A stretch of DNA of 64,000 bases from positions 112,470,001 through 112,534,000 of the forward strand of contig NC_086107.1 of NCBI RefSeq assembly GCF_963921235.1, given 5' to 3'. A program made the translations under genes and the position numbers. Source of the DNA: Mobula hypostoma. Taxonomy: Eukaryota. The notes under the pieces are model-generated. The model was given only the letters and a program-made list of their open reading frames with translations. It was not told where the DNA came from and made no database searches. Of this stretch, positions 60,259 to 64,000 are shown piece after piece (position 1 is the first letter of the stretch; each line of letters starts with the position of its first letter).

Positions 60259-62689
60259 CTCTTTCCAGTGTAATGGAATCTCTCCTGTAGCAGGGTGACC
60301 AAAACTGAACGCAATATTCCAAAAGCGGCCTCAGCAATGTCTAATACAACTACAACATAAAATCCCAGCTTTGATACTAATGAAAGCCAGCGTGCCAAAA
60401 CCCTTCTCAACCGCCTACCTGTGGCACCACTTCTAATGAACCATATACTAAACGTGGGCCGTCTGCCAAGAGATCGTTTTGCTTTTAGTACTATTAATTT
60501 CTCCATATTTTATTAATATTAATTTACTTATTTATTGGTTCCCAATCTTTCTCTATTGTTTTATGCCTGGTATCATGAAGATAAATTTGTTTGACGTCTC
60601 TGCCTTTTCCATATTTATAATTGGTCCTGTCTCTGCCTGGCTGTTTTGCACAGCTATAGAGAAAAACTAAAACCTATTGCTGTGCCTCTTTTTAGATTAT
60701 TTTTATATTCTAATTTCTATTATCAATTTTTTGGTAACCCTTTGCTGAATTCTAAAATCCTCCCAGGCTTATTTTAGCAACATTATGAGCAGAGCTGATT
60801 TGATGGGCTGAATGGCCTAATTCTGCTCCCATGTCTTATGATCTCACGGTCTTCTTTTAAACCAATGACGTTTTATAAAGTTGAAGCATTATGCCTATGG
60901 TATCTTTATTCCACAAGGAAGTTCATGGAAAAATTCTGTTATTGAATATTGTTGTTATTCCTTTCTGCGCTGTTTCTTTAGCATTTTTGTCTGTTTTTTT
61001 ACGAGGCCGAGTTGCTAGCTCGACACTCAACCCAGCACGGATGGAAAGCATACAAGGAGCTGGCTGGATTCGAACCTGGGACCACTTGCACTGAAGTCCA
61101 GTGCTGATGCCTCCACACCACCGGCTGGCACTGTTATTGAATATTACTGGTTACTAATTTGATCGTTCATTCACTGTGTTTTATGTCAGGTGATGTGGGC
61201 GATCATGGTCTTGACCATGATTGTTCTTGGCAAATTATTACATAGAAGTGGTTTGCCATCACCTTCTTCTGGGCAGTGTCTTTACAAGACGGGTGATTTC
61301 CCCCCCCCAGCCATAATCAATATTCTTCAAAGGCTGTCTACTTGGTGTCACATAACCAGGAACTTGTGATGTGCACCAGATGCTCATACAACCATCCGCC
61401 ACCTGTTCCCATGGTATCACGTGACCCTGATCGGAGGCTAAGCAAGTGTTACACCTTGCCCAAGGGTGACCTGCAGAGGCTGGGGCAGGGAAGAAGTGCC
61501 TTACATCTCTTTTGGTAGAGACACATCCTGACCCCACCACTCTGAAACCAGAGCACCCGGACGAAACCCACCCAGTCAGGGGGAAGAACATATAAACTAC
61601 TTCCAGACCGCGGCAAGAATCGAACCCTGATCGCTAACAGTAACGTCCTTATACAACAGAGGGTCGAAATAAACTGAAAATCTGTTATCCTATTAGGTAA
61701 AATGCACCATTTTTCACTATGGCTTCACCCCAAGCAGCTAGACAATAACATCAACTAAATTTATCCTAAACACAAGAGATTCTGCAGATGCTGGAAATCC
61801 AGAGCAACACACACACAATGTTGGAGGAACTCAGCAGGTCAGGCAGCATCTATGGGAATGAATAAACAGTCAATGTTTCAGGCCCAGAACTTTCTTCAGG
61901 ACTGAGAAGGAAGGGGGAAGGCGCAAGAATGAAAGGTAGGGGGAGAGGAAAGAGGCTAGCTAGAAGGTGATGGGTGAAGCCAGGAGGGTGGGAAATGCAA
62001 ACAACAGGAATTCTGCAGATGCTGGAAATTCAAGCAACACACATCAAAGTTGCTGGTGAACGCAGCAGGCCAGGCAGCATCTCTAGGAAGAAGTAACATC
62101 GAGGGCTGGAGAGGAAGGGGTCTGATAGGAGAGAAGAGTGGGCCATAGGAGAAAGAGAAAAAGGCAGAGGGGCACCAATGGGAGGTGATAGGCAGGAGAA
62201 GAGAAGAGGTAGGAGGCAAAAGTAGGGAACAGAAGAAGAGAGGAGGGGAAGGTGAAAAAAATGATCCCACCCACCTGGCTTCACCTGTGGACGCTGCCTG
62301 ACCTGCTGAGTTGCTCCAGCATTTTGAGTGTGTTATACAACTTATTTGCTCTCTTTCGTAAATCTACTTCCCACTTGGTCTTAAACTAATTGCCGATGTC
62401 CCTACGCAGATTTCTACATTCATATTAAAAAATTTAGGTATGAACTTTATTAAGTCACTCTCAAATTCAATTTAAAATGCTGTCATACTATTATCTGTCT
62501 TTCTCAGAATTGTTAATTAACTAACGCACTGCATAACAATAAATTTTAAATGGGTTGCCCCTAGTTAGTTCCTTGATTTAGAAGACAATTAAATCTCTGA
62601 CTGGATCAGGACACTGAATAGCAATGGTTATGTACAGACCATCCCTGGGTTATGAATTCCTAACTTATGGACCTTTCTCCATATGAGCC

Positions 62690-63420
62690 CATAAGACCAT
62701 AAGAGATAGGAGCAGAATTAGGCCATTTGGCCCATCGAGTCTGCTCCACTGTTTCATCATGGCTGATCCATTTTCCCTCTCAGCCCCTATCTCCTGCCTT
62801 CTCCCTGTAACCCTTCATACCTTGACTAATCAATCAACCTCTGCCTTAAATATACCCAATGACTTAGCCTCCACAGCCACTTTCCACAAATTCACCACTC
62901 TCTGGCTAAAGAAATTCCTCCTCATCTCTGTTCTAAAAGGATGCCCCTCTACTTTCAGGCTGTATCCTCTGGTCTTAGACTCACCTACCATAGCAAACAT
63001 CCTCTCCACATTCACTCTCTCGAGGCCTTTCGACATTTGATAGGTTTCAATGTAGTCACCCCTCATTCTTCTGAATTCCAGTGAGTAGAGGCCCAGAGCC
63101 ATCAAGTCCTCCTCAGATGACAAATTATTCGATCCCAGAATCATTTTCATGAACCTCCTTTGAACCCCCTCCAACGTCAGCACATCCTTCCTTAGATAAG
63201 GGGCCCAAAACTGCTCACAATACCCCAAGTGAAGCCTCACCAGTGCTTTATAAAGTATCAACATTACATCCTTGTTTTTATATTCTGGTCCTCTCGAAAT
63301 GAATCCTAACATCACATTTGCATTCCACACCACAGACTCAACCTGCAAATTAACCTTTAGGGAACCCTGCACAAGGACTCCCAAGTCCCTTTGGCCATCA
63401 GATTTTGGAATCTTCTCTCC
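62690..63420 (-). mobile_element. CR1-type LINE 3' fragment
   Basis: ORF 62830-63471 has QRDLGVLV...LYKALVR...RRNFFSQRVVNLW. Confidence 0.85.
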
Positions 63421-64000
63421 ATTATTATTCTCTCCAATAATATGAACCAAATTATAACTTAAGTCCGACATAATTTTAGATATTATTTCCTAATGGCAGT
63501 ATTAGTCTCCTCTCTCTCTCTCTCCAATTTTAGTAATTGTTTCTTTTTTTATCAGTCTTATTTGATTTTGATAGCATTTCTTTATTTATTTTACTTAGAG
63601 ATACAGAGTGGAACAGGCTCTTCCGGCCCAGTGACCTGCACCACCCACCGACTTAACCCCAGCCTAATCACAGGACAATTTACAAAGACCAATTAACCTA
63701 CCAACTGGTGCATCTTTGGACTCTGGGAGGAAATCGGAGCACCCGGAGGAAACCCCGTGCACACGGGAAGGAACGTACAAACTTGCTTACAGAGGAGGTG
63801 GGAACTGAGCTCCGAATTCCGACGCCCCGAGCTGTAGCAGCGGTGAGCTACGCTACTGTGGCACCCCAGTGCTATGGAGGTGTGGTTACCATATTGAATG
63901 ATTTTGTGTCCTTTCCAACGAAGGAATAAAATCTATTGATGGACGCCATTAAAAACGGAACCCGTTCATCATTTGAGGGCGGCGTACAACTGGACAATGA

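Overview
Repeat-dense eukaryotic genomic DNA, most likely from a cartilaginous fish, probably a ray. That assignment is inferred from the repeat repertoire: HER1/CR1-type LINEs with (TTTCTATG)n tails, V-domain tRNA-SINEs, Rex1/Babar, RTE and Penelope-like elements. The only host coding sequence I can support is a 195-nt minus-strand exon (34301-34495) of a Kv3 (Shaw) potassium channel, best matching KCNC3; the ORF track misses it. Its splice acceptor is separated from the apparent branch point and pyrimidine tract by a ~480-nt AG-free (TG)n microsatellite. The window holds a complete, young Gmr1-like LTR retrotransposon (15948-20883; TAGG TSD, tRNA-Pro-like PBS, PPT). Its single 975-aa ORF keeps Gag and protease intact and stays open through a heavily deleted pol. 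There are roughly 19 copies of a minimal type-I hammerhead ribozyme motif carried by Penelope-like element ends, often in fold-back arrangements. Other repeats include a palindromic mariner MITE, composite Tc1 derivatives and four very young CR1 insertions. Coordinates of old repeats are approximate.
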